This document shows, piece after piece, positions 25,105 to 36,329 of a stretch of 64,000 nt of DNA (the first letter of the stretch is position 1; each line of letters starts with the position of its first letter). Made by a program: the position numbers and the translations under genes. Below the pieces are notes generated by a model. It did not search any database. It was not told the origin of the DNA and saw only the letters and a list, made by a program, of their open reading frames with translations. Origin of the DNA: Camelus dromedarius (Eukaryota). Location: NCBI RefSeq assembly GCF_036321535.1, contig NC_087440.1:32612001-32676000 (forward strand), in the 5' to 3' direction.

Positions 25105-26109
25105 AGGACAAACGTTTTTCCTAAGTGTGTTCTCATTGACAGCAAGGAGGAAAGGCACCATTGATTTTTGTCTTAAACCTTGTATTCTCCCATAAAATTT
25201 GAGAGTTGCTTGTGGTATAATTGCTAGCAAAAATTATATTAAGAAAAAAGATCATCTTTGCAAATCAGTGGGTTGATAATTAGTTTGTAAGAAAGGTGCC
25301 TTTAAATATCTAATGACTCAAGGCCAGGTCCTCATCTAGCCGAACCATCTCTCTGTCCTTTCTCTGCAAAGTGGAGGTGGTAGCCTTTCCTTTACACTTG
25401 AAGTCCTCCCAGGAAATACTTCAGAGTCCTACTTGCTTCACCCAGTGTCCATGACAACTGTTCTGCAACAGTCGTCACCTCAGTCACTTCCTTTGAAAAC
25501 AAGCGGGGCAATGCGATAACTTGCATTTGCTTTTCCATAAAAATAAATTGAGATAATTTGACTGTCTTCTTTCCAATTTAAAAGGACATGAAAGTAGTCT
25601 GCTGAATGAGGGTGTGTGCAGTAATAAGCACTTGAGTTGAGACATCACTAATATCCTCAGAAAAATAACTATTAATCAGCTTAACTGCTTTGCCCATGAG
25701 AAGAAGGAAAAAATCTTAACTCTTCCTGGGTAGAAGCTCATTGTTTAAATTAATTTTAGTTAGCTCTTTAGTCTTTTTTTAAATTTCAAGTTCTCCCAGT
25801 CAAATGTCCATAAGAATACTTACCAGAATGGCTCCTGTAGGCACACAAGTTCTTCCCATTAGCATCCAAAGGGTGATGCCTGCCTATCCGGTAGTGTTTT
25901 ATAGATTTCGAAAATAACTGACAGAAACGAACATTCATCGCGGTTAAAATATTTAATGATAAAATTAGAGTTTGCTGTAATAGTGAATCACAGGGCAAGT
26001 GTTACTTGTCTCTGAAAGGAACAAAAATTATCTTTGACATGTTAGAGAACTTCTGGAGAATGAATAACTGTACAACAGACATTAGCAGTGTTACAATTCT
26101 AAAAATTAA

Positions 26110-28945
26110 GAGCAAAACCTATCTTTAATATCCTTTATTGAGAACATTCTGTAAATATTTTTACATAAATGCACAACCTTTGTTAGCCATAAAAGTAGTA
26201 TTAAGACAAATTTCACTGTAATTTTAAATCTAACACATAATCTTTTTTTCAGAGCTTAAAAAAGGTAACTACTGATCTTGTTACATTTTACAAATACATT
26301 CTTTAATATGAAACATTAGCCTGAATTAGCGTCTACTTCCTGTACACAGGTATCTAATAGGACTAGTGAAGAATACTGCAGCTGCGCTCCAGGCGGAAGT
26401 GAGAACACTGGGAAAATCTTTATGCGCTGTCAATACGATTTAAGAAAGCCTTCACAGATACAGAGTATTTCCAAAACTCAACAGTGAAGTGCGGAAATGA
26501 AACAAACGTCTTCTAGCAAGCCACTGAATTGCTCCCAAGTAATGTAAGTTATTTTAGCAATTTTCTCTACGTTAGACTGTATTAATATTTTGTATAGCAG
26601 CACCTTCCACAAAAGGATAGCAAAGAACTTCACGTGTGCCATCACAGGGCTCGCTCCTCTGCAAACAGTCAGGAGTCCAGGAGGGGCCGGGGTTGCTTTT
26701 TGGCCTCTGTGGGGTGGAAGCCTAGGTAGGACTTGGACACAGGGAGGTCAAGGGCATGACCACAGCCTGGAAGCAAATCAGGAGAGGATGCTAATAAAGA
26801 TGCACATAGACTTTCTTCTAGTCCAGGCTATTTCCAGTAAGACTTAAGTCTATCAGGACAAATAGTAAAGAAAGGGCAAGGTGTTGAACACCTATATTTA
26901 TGAAGAGTAACTATCACAAGGCTACCAGGAAGGAGGACTCTCAGATTTCACAGTATGCTTATGCCCTCACCCTCTGCTATTTGAGAAGCAGCTTCACAAA
27001 CACTGTTGCTAGATAGTTGGCAACAAATTTTATATTTGAGTTTGGCCGATTGTCAGGGGGTTTTAGATTTACCCTTTCAATTATTTATACCAACTATCTA
27101 TCTCTGAGGCTAGAATCCAACTTGGGAAGATGAATATATGTGTGTGTACGTGTGCATTTTCTGACCGAGGTCTGCAAACAACACCTATTTGGTGTGATGT
27201 TTGCAGCTTTTCTTAAAAATTATAAATGTGTCTAATGATACTCACCAGATACCAAGTTCCTTGATTCTTTAAAGTTTTAAGACACCAAAAAAAAAAAAGT
27301 ACAAAATATTAAACTTTATAGGGTAAACTATTTAACTTTACAGAGTTTTCTTGAACTGGATCATTTCCCTAAGAGGATCCAGAAATTTGTCTCTGGTAAA
27401 TCCTATCTCCCTTTTGATATGTACCAAGATCATCCCCCCCCCCCAATAGCCTAATTTTCTATCACTTTGGGAATGCTTTATCAGGAGAATTTAAGCTATT
27501 CAAATCAGCATAAATAATCCCAAAGTCATTGTATGCTGCTGTGTAAGAGGCTATAATACACGTGGCCTCAATCGGCTCAATGGATAGAACAGGGTCCTGA
27601 AGATCCAGGCAGCTTAAAAATCAATGCACCGCAGCAGGAGGCTGAGAATGTGTCTGGGATGTGCAGCCTGCCTCCTTGTTTCATGAAGACAAAGCACAGC
27701 TTCTATTTAGCATTTTAACCCTCTAAGGAACCAAATTCCCAGACTGAAAGCCCAGGACTGTGTTGAGTAATACGAGATCGGAAAGTGTGTGAACTGACTT
27801 TATTCAGTCTGACTGCAATGGAAAGGCTTCCTGACTGCTGTTTTATGCCAGACCTGGCAAGTTGCAATTGCCATGAAATGTGATGTGTCAAGAAACCCAC
27901 ACTTTAAATTACATTAAGTAAACAGACAGCAGTAACAACATAAAAACCTCCAAAAATCAGATACCAAGCTATTGATGGCCATTTCCCAAGGCATTGTGAG
28001 GGTGTCTCTGAAATAGGCATGACTTTGTAAAAAAAAAAAAAAAAAAAAAAAAAGATTTTTAATGTAGTATCTTTTCACATTATCATTTGCACAGACTTTT
28101 ATCTGGACAAATCGATTCTTGATTAAAATCCAAGCTCTTTTCAAGACCAGCTAACTTAGTAATTGGGGACAGTGACAAAAGAAACATTTGTGAATGCACA
28201 GAGGTTTTACAAATAGGCTTTTCCTTGGGTCTTTAATCTCAAATTTTTATCCTTCATTTGACAATTCCAAATAATCAGCCTGGAAACAAGTAGTGGAAGT
28301 ACTTAAACTGTAGCTCAGAAAGTAGACTTCTATCTGTGATTCTGATGTTTTTTTTTTTTGAATGCTGGTGATGGCTCATGCATGAGATTACTACACAAAA
28401 AGCAAAATCTAAGACTGCTGTTTCCCCTGATAAATCCATTTGTTTTCCATAATACAGACTTACATCTCAGGATATAGAATCTTAACCTTCAAATTAAGAG
28501 TAGCTAGGAGACTGAGTGAAACCAGTCACTGCTTGAATTTTATTTTCAACCAGGAACAGTAACAGCTGATGTCACTACATTAAAATGTCTTCCTGCTTAA
28601 TATCAGGGGAAAAAAAACCATGTTGCCAGTATATCATTTGGTCAAAATTTCATATTCAAACTACTGAAAAAAAAAAACCTTAAAAAAAAAAAGGGAAAAC
28701 ACAAACACACGCACACACACAGTGGAAAAGAACTGAAGCTGATGCTATGCAGCATTTCTTAGCAAGGTTATTAGGGAAATGTATAAACACAGCATCTTTT
28801 CTTTCATACTAACATCTGAAAAGGCAAAACAAACCCCCTAAATGTCCGTATTTTGGAAAAGAAGCAAGCGGAGGTCTGGAATTCTTGTAAAAACTGCTGA
28901 ACAAACTTCCATTTCTCTTAAGAGGTCATCAGGAGAGGCAGTTTC
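26110..28945 (-). other. STXBP6: STXBP6 3' UTR (long form; 3' end inferred)
   Basis: Follows the TGA at 28946-28948. It is AT-rich with no interspersed repeat that I recognise, down to the AATAAA at 26134-26139. The exact cleavage site is not observable. Confidence 0.6.
26124..26139 (-). terminator. STXBP6: Candidate distal polyadenylation signal (AATAAA plus adjacent ATTAAA)
   Basis: TTTATT at 26134-26139 and TTTAAT at 26124-26129 on +. In mRNA sense there is an upstream UGUA (TACA at 26162-26165) and downstream GU/U-rich sequence (ggttttgctctt, tgtctgttgt). Confidence 0.65.
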
Positions 28946-28969
28946 TCAACATTTGTGCTTCATGGCAAG
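28946..28969 (-). CDS. STXBP6: Amisyn (syntaxin-binding protein 6), coding part of the last exon: LAMKHKC*
   Basis: The minus strand reads ttgtgtccctctctctgtttAG|CTT GCC ATG AAG CAC AAA TGT TGA. It is in phase 0 with the upstream exon and matches the amisyn C-terminus as I recall it. Confidence 0.96.
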   Translation of the reverse strand, partial: LAMKHKC

Positions 28970-31900
28970 CTAAACAGAGAGAGGGACACAAGTAAGATGT
29001 TAGCAGCCCCAGGAGTCTTCCTGCTGCGGCCGAGCACCGTTACTACCCACAGCGGCACCTGGTAGGTGTGCACCATCTCCCCGAACCGTCCACTGAGCGC
29101 TGCATTTGTCTCCCCTCCTTACAGTGATGGTGGTGAATGTGTCCAGGTCCCGGAGGATGTTCTGTGATGTTCCTTTCATTTCACTGAAGGAGCAAATGGA
29201 AAAGGCAAAGCGCAGGCAGAACAAGCGACCTACCCTACAGATCAGTGGGAGTAGAGCAGAGGCCTCTGGGCTCCCAGGTTGGTGGTTATCCAGGAAGACC
29301 AACACTCCTCAAATGTAAGTATTTACTGACATCTCATAAAGTATTACAAATCACCAGCTGTAGAGAAACAGTCTGCAATAAGCCACGTAACATCCTGGAC
29401 ATTCAGTGAGGTCCAGAGCACTTGACAGAATGTGTCACTGAGCACGGCTGAACAATAGACCAAATTCAGACCTTGATTTACTACTCCCACTGGTGTTTGA
29501 GAAATGTTGTTTATTGAAACGTAAGGTCTTTATAAATGGGAACACCAGATACCACTGTATCATGCAATAGCTTCCCAAGCCAGCTGGAGCCCACGTTGAT
29601 AAATATTTAAGGAAATGTATGCAGGTACAAAACATAAAAGTAAACCTGATACTGCATTCCTTAGCCAGATTCTTACCAAGGAGCCCATACGCTGGTGTGA
29701 AGCAGAAGGCAGGGCGGAGGCTGACCTATGGGAGTCCTTGTGTGTCCAGCGTCTGTTATTAGGGATTGACTCTGAGGTTGGGGCTGGAGTGACTGGGAGT
29801 AGTCGTGTTGCTAAATCAGTCTCTACTTGGGAAACCTTAGCTCTGGGCGCGTCTGGCTGGTGAAGCCATCCTAAACCACGGACCTTCAGTAGTGCTGACA
29901 CCAGCAGTCAATGGTCAGATGGTGTTCATGAAGTCCCGAGTATGCCCAGGCTGCCCTGCTAAGTGCTGTAGGTTTTTGCCAAGAAGGATGGAGGTGGTTA
30001 CTAACTCCTGACCTCGGAGACTTTATAGTTCAGGAAACATGGTGGGTGGAAATGGCAGGGCCGGTGCTCTCCCTCAGATCCGTCCCACCCCTCAGCCACG
30101 CTCGGAGCCCCTCCCCTGTGTGGCCTCCACTTCTCGCTTTGTCTCTAGGTTTTATACGTTATTTAGCAATGCAGACCCTTCAGATCCACACAGAGCTGTT
30201 TAGTATCATGCATAATGAATACCAACCATAAATATTTGATCAGTGCTGCTGTCCTGTTACTCACTGAGCTGTTAGCCTTCAGCTAATGGGCTTGTGCCAA
30301 TTTACCCACAGCCATTAATCCTCGGCAGTGATCGTGCTGCTGCTCACACTGGGCCCTGGTCACCACTCCAGTGCAGCTGGAACTGATGCTGAGGGAGTCC
30401 CAGCTGGGCAGGGCCGTGCCAGCTCAGCTTTACAGACATGCAGCTGGTTTGGACATTTTGCCATTTGAGGTATTTTTGTGGGAAGTGCCAGCACTCTTTA
30501 TGCTACCTAATTTTTTTTTTCTTTAATTTCCTGGGAGTTAGAAGCTTTAGAATATGGAAGGCAGGGTACTGTTGCTTCCCTGCTGCAAATTGCTGTATGA
30601 CCTTGAGCTCTAAAGTCACGACTGCTCGGTGCCTCAGTTTTCTCATGTCTGTAAATATCTCCAACTCAACTGCTTATGGATTAATTTTGATGTCAGAGTT
30701 CCTATACAAGTTAAAAATTTCCTTCTGCTATTTTTTTTTAAACACATGGAAAGCTTTCTCTTTCAAAACTGTAAATAGCCCCATCTTAGTAACAACAGCA
30801 ATCGTGGAGAAAGCCATTACTCACACTGGGGGTGTTCTTTAAGAGGCCTGGGCTCCTGAGGTCCCTTCTGGCTCAGACCCACAGGAAGCAGATGAGTGTA
30901 GTAGCGACAGAGGCAGCCATTCCTGGCCAGTGAGGGAAATGCCACTTACCACTCCCTCCCCCACAAACGTGGGCTTGTGCAAAATAGGGCAGATCACTGC
31001 TCCTTTCTGGGGGAAATGTCATCTGAGGATGCCTAGGTGTGGGTACCGCTCTCGCCTGCTGACTCACCAGCCGAGGCGGGTGTCAAAGCACCGTGCACAC
31101 TGCAACGCTGTGCTTTTTGGGGCAGGGAGAGAGAGCAGGCCTGCTCTCTGGCCTCTCCTGAGATCTGAGACTGTGCCAAGCCCACAGCTCAGGAAGGAAC
31201 CATGCTTCTCCAAGCCAGGCTGAAGGGAAGTGGGGGAAAGGGGATGCAGGTACATTTCTATCAGCTTTACAGGAGGCAAGCAACCAGATATCTTGATGGC
31301 AGGGTCCTGTGAAGGTGATTCACTCACTAATGTACCTGGATCACTGTCGGGGTCCTGGGAAAAGCCTAGGAGATCCTCTTCTATTGCAGTCTAGAAGGTG
31401 TGCCCTACTCTCCAGCTGGGGTTGTGTGTCCTTATTAAGCCAGGGAGTCCAAAGAAACTGTAACCCAGAACTGCCTCGCTCTGTTAGGGCTCTAACGTAC
31501 GTACTGTGTGTCAACTTCTGAACATAGCCATGCTGGGGGGAGCGGAAGGCCTGGGTTCCATTTCTGAACTCTCTCCTTACCAGTAGGCCTGGCGGAGTCT
31601 CAGCCTGTAAATGATACCATCGTGGTCAGCCTATGCCAAGGGGACAGATCAGTCCTAGCCCCTGGGAAAATAGCCACACCTTATTACAAGGGGTCAGTCT
31701 CCTTGTTAGGAACCCTGCCAATGCTGTGATTCATAAGCACACGTCCGTTTTAGAAAACCACAAGTCTGGCTGCCATAGTGTCTTTCTCACACCTCCTCAA
31801 ACGTACTAACAGACACTAGCAGCTCCCGAACCTGCCCTAATAACACCCCCTGGAGGGGAAATGAGAGTAAGTGGAGACTGCCCCACACCTCATCTGTCTC

Positions 31901-34128
31901 TAGCAAAGCAGGTAACTGGCTGGCACGGTCCTCCCAGTGGGCAGGGCCCCCTGGGCCGTTGGTGGCCTCGTCAGCTTCTGTTCTGACAGGTCCAGTTTTT
32001 AAGGGCCGCTCTGTGTCTAGACAGGATCGGCATTCAGCAGGATGCCTACTTTGGAGGACACAAAATCTTCACCTCCAGTCCCTCCGCATCCCTGTGCTGG
32101 GATCCTGGGTCACGTTCCTCCAACCCCCTATGGTTCTCAGCATATGACCAATTAGGGCAGGTTCGGCAGAAACCATTTTTATGGAAATATAACTAGTATT
32201 AATTGAGGTTTATATGCAGCAAGTATGGCGCTAACAGATCTGAAGGTCTGAGTGCACTCAGTTTGCTCAGTGCCCTAGGACAGAGGTGCTACTACTATTA
32301 ACTGGCCCTCTTTTGCTGATGAGGAAGCTGGGGCTTCGAGAAATTGAGCCCTTATCCAAGGTCACTGAGACGGTAGATCAAACACAAGACGTTAACTGCC
32401 ATGCCATACTGCCTCCCCAGCTGCCTAGCAGACTTGGCCACAGTGTCAGGGAAACGGTGACTGAGGCCAGGAATTCTAGCCGTATGGTTAGCTTATCCCA
32501 GCCACTATTTGTACATCAGAGGCGGACGCCGACATGGATGACCTCCAAGTATTGTCTGTTCTACCTTAGGAAGAGCGGTTTCACAGACTTCCTTGGTAAC
32601 CTGGTCCATGGTTTAATCATCAACCTAAACTCTTGTTTTAGCAAAATGTTATCAGTGCACTACTGAGTGTCCTCTTCTGTCTGACAAGACAGAAAAGGGA
32701 ACTGCCTGCATTATCACCCTTCCCAGACTTGAGGACAATTATTAAAAAATAATTCCCTTGAGCTTTTCTCTTCCCCAGATCAACACTTTAAATGTTTCCC
32801 CAGACTTCCACTGCCCATCTCAACCCCCACCACTTAAATCACTACACTTGCTGTTGCTATAAATGAAGCTGGGTGGGAATTCTAGCATCCCCATTCCATC
32901 ATCATTCCTGCATCACAAAGGCTGGAGAAGGGAGGAGGGGAACCTTAATTCTGAGCTCACTCACTCTGTGACAGCCACGGCAAGCAAGGCTCTGGCCCCC
33001 AGCAAGGCTGCCTGCATTTTTGGCCAACTCTGAACTCCAAATGGGCCCTCAAGGCAGCAGTGCAGTAAGATGCTGTCATAATAGGGAACTGATGGCACAA
33101 CGACACAGGTCTGTGCAGAAGGGCTGGAGGAAGGGGATGTGAGAAGCATCTGTTCAGATCCAGATCCACCAGGGAGAGACCACCCCGGCTCAGCTGGGGA
33201 GATTTTTCCCATTATTTTTCAGGTTGTCCATTCTTGTTTCCTCAGCAGAAGTGGGTTTTCTGTTAAAGCAAATTAGTTTTTTTTCCCTAAAGGTCACCTG
33301 AAAAGCATATCTGAAAGGCCAGATTATGAGTCTGAGATGCCAACAATTATCAGTTGTTGTTTCTGGAAACCTAAATTTGAATCACTAGCCAGAAAAGAAC
33401 TTCGAATGTACTTTGTATTTGTACTTTGATCTGAAGCACGAGAACAGTAATAAATCCTCTTTCATCACCTGACCAACAGGGCCTCTGTTTCCTTTGGTTT
33501 GCGCCTGCCTTAGACAGCTGGCTGCCAATAAAAACTCTCCCTTACCCTTTTGAGAGGCAGATTCTTGGTGAGTGTGTGCACCAACGGCATCCTCTGGACC
33601 CAGAGGTGGTGGGAGTCTCGCAGGTCAGCCTTAGAGGTCCAAGGTCCCTGGTGAGGGGAAACTAGCCCCGAGGTGCCCTGTGCCCTGGACTACAGCTTGC
33701 TTTTCATATGATAAAGAGATAAGAACACAGGATGCCGGGCTCATGACCAGAAAGGGACAGCACAAAAAGAGTAAGCACAAGCAGCCCACAGTCCTTTCAA
33801 GCGCCGGCCAAGGTAGGGGGGACATTCTTAGACCTGCCGCCCCTCCTCACCCTCCATCCTGTTCCCTGGAACTTGAGCCTTAAACTTCCCAAAGATCCAA
33901 GATCAGAGACAAGGATGAAGATGTCAGGAAGGAGACTGGTTTAACCAAAGAAACGGGTCCAAGACGAAATCTTCCATGACTCTAGTACTTAACTAAGTAG
34001 TGGAAGGAAATTGCATAAAGGGGCCAAAGGAAAAAAGGAGGGCTTGATTTTGTACCTCCCATCATGGGAAATACACTGAAATACAGTTTTGGGCACCGAA
34101 GCTCCTTGACAACCTCTGCAGGACCCAC
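28970..34128 (-). other. STXBP6: STXBP6 last intron (5159 nt, GT-AG)
   Basis: Donor AAG|GTGGGT at 34128-34123. Acceptor AG at 28971-28970 with a polypyrimidine tract. Confidence 0.93.
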
Positions 34129-34286
34129 CTTGTGTGCAGTTTCCGCAAACTGCTGGGCGCTGTTCTTCATGTCTTCCGTCTTCTCCTCTGCGCGGCCTAA
34201 CCGTTCCCCGCGCTCGTTCAAGGCCTGGCTCGCTTTCTGTACTGCGCTGGTGACGCTGTCGGCCGCCGAGTGGAGGATGCTGTTTC
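34129..34286 (-). CDS. STXBP6: Amisyn penultimate exon (158 nt), VAMP-like R-SNARE motif: (G)NSILHSAADSVTSAVQKASQALNERGERLGRAEEKTEDMKNSAQQFAETAHK
   Basis: Translation recognised as the amisyn SNARE helix, with the NERGERL zero-layer segment. Acceptor ctgtcctccttCAG at 34289-34287 (phase 1) and donor GT at 34128. Confidence 0.97.
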
Positions 34287-36329
34287 CTGAAGGAGGACAG
34301 CAAGCACGTCAGAAGCTGGCTCAGCTGACCTACAGGGACAGACCCCTGCAGGGGTGAGCACCCTGGAAATCCTAACACGTTCACAGAATCACGCAAGTTC
34401 AGTGAGACACATCTGGATCTTAGGAGCACGTCCTCTTGACCTGGGGTTAGGTGAAAAACCACAGGAAAACTGGGCGCACGGAACTTCTCCAGATACAATG
34501 TCTGTATTCCTTTCAATGTTTCCCCTCCATTTTGCCCCTTCATCCCTAAATGTATGGCTCCGTGAGAAGCTCTGGATCAGCCTCATAGTTCAGAAGAGAC
34601 ACGTTGGCTCCTGACCTTGAATCCTAAGCCATGGCCTGGTTGGCTGGGCCTCTCTGCCTCCATCTCTAGGACATGAAATACGGGGCCTTGGCACTGCGCT
34701 TAGCCAGCAGGTAGGAAACAGTGACAGAAACCTGTCCTAGAAGAAACTTAGCACTCCCAGATTCACGAGTGATGATACTGAGAAAGCTGAAAACCATCAC
34801 GTTTCAGACAGTTACGCAGCCCTGACATCCCATTTGCCAGGACCGGGAAACAGAATTCAACAGTGAAGAACTTGCAGACGCAAAACCCACTGAGACCTAG
34901 CAACTCGGAATATTACAGCCAGGGGAAATTGATGGCTGTATTTTGTTAACACTGAGTGGAAGATAATTTAAGTGGCATTTTATGTAATAGCTTTATGTTT
35001 TTGAGTAAGTTTATTACATCATTTAACTTTGTACCTGGGATGGATACATCTAGCCACAGACAGCTTTTAATAGAAATGTAATTTCCACTGGTCTCAACTG
35101 CAGAAGTGTCCTAATTTCTCCTCCGTGGGAACAGTCTGTGGTTTGTGGAAAAGGATCTCAGGCGAAGAAAGTACCTGGCCCCGAGGAAGCACTTTGTAAA
35201 TTGTTCTCCATTTTTCTTCTTTAGGGATGGATTTTAAGGGTATGCGCTAAGGGGAGGAGAATGGAGTTAACTTACTATTACTCAGCTGCATCAGGCCCTA
35301 TAGGAGCCAAGATAAATCAGCACAGATGGATAGGGACCAGAGGAGATGTGGCTCTGGAGAAACCTGATTGAATGCAAGGGCTGGAATGGAAATGCTAGGT
35401 CTTCAGAACACATTTAGGAGGAATAATCCGGGTCCCCCTTTGCTCTCACATCACGACTCTGATGATAGCCTATACTATTGCCTAACATTTGAGTAGCATT
35501 TTGCAGTCATAAAGCATCTTCACAAATGTTTCATTTGATTGTCACAGAAATTCTGTGGAAAGACCGAGACTAGTTGAGGCTCTGTGGCTTGCACAAGATC
35601 ACATCACTGGGGAAGTGACACAGCTAGCACTGGAACCTGGTTTCCTAATGCCTTTTCCTGATTCTGTACCCTTCTCTTTGCAGGTACGGCATTGATCCTG
35701 GAAAGCAATCACTGTGACAGAACTGTGAGCAGACCAGCATAGATAGGTTCTGACAGGTTATTTCCCAAGGTAACGCCTGACTGTCTCTGTCCTCAAGGTA
35801 CTCCTCTTGGTAAATGAAGAGTTATTGCCTAAGCTGCACTGCAGGTCTGGTGCTCCCAGGAAGGAGCAGGCCGATGGGATGGGAAGATGGAGAAGGGACT
35901 GAAGGTGCAGGGGGTGGGGGTGGGGCACGAGAAAATCTCCTCCCTTTCTTGCTTCCTTCCTCATATCCACACTTAGCCACCAGAGGCTGAAGACAAGATG
36001 GGGCAGGGACGCTGCAGCTTCATAGCCGGGAACAGCTATATTAAACCAAAGGGATTTTAGAGTTAGTTGCCATAAAATGAAGAGGGTATATGGAATTGAC
36101 CCTGACGATGCCCTCAAAGCCATCTGTGTTTCTGCAGTGAATCTGCTCTGCGTAAGCCATACTGCTGTCCTGTCATGACTTCCTTTTCGTCTCGTACAAG
36201 ATGTCAGATCAACACTACCCCAGTTTTATATGAGAACTATTTAACCAGCAGTTGTTACAACTAAAAGAGAACCAAATGTTTTAACTGTAAGAGGGAACCA
36301 AACACTGTCTTCAATAAAAAATCTACCTT

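Noticed and set aside
1-26000. Granzyme/cathepsin G/chymase exons expected from human synteny
   Set aside because: No IIGG, TAAHC or GDSGGP-type motifs were seen in the ORF track or by eye. The cluster is probably far outside the window.
28953-28960. miR-218 8mer match (AAGCACAA in mRNA)
   Set aside because: It lies in the K-H-K codons of the CDS, so it is explained by protein constraint, and CDS sites are generally weak.
33989-34543. 184-aa minus-strand ORF overlapping the SNARE exon in another frame
   Set aside because: It is a shadow frame of a GC-rich exon with no known homology. The splice sites and recognised protein define the other frame.
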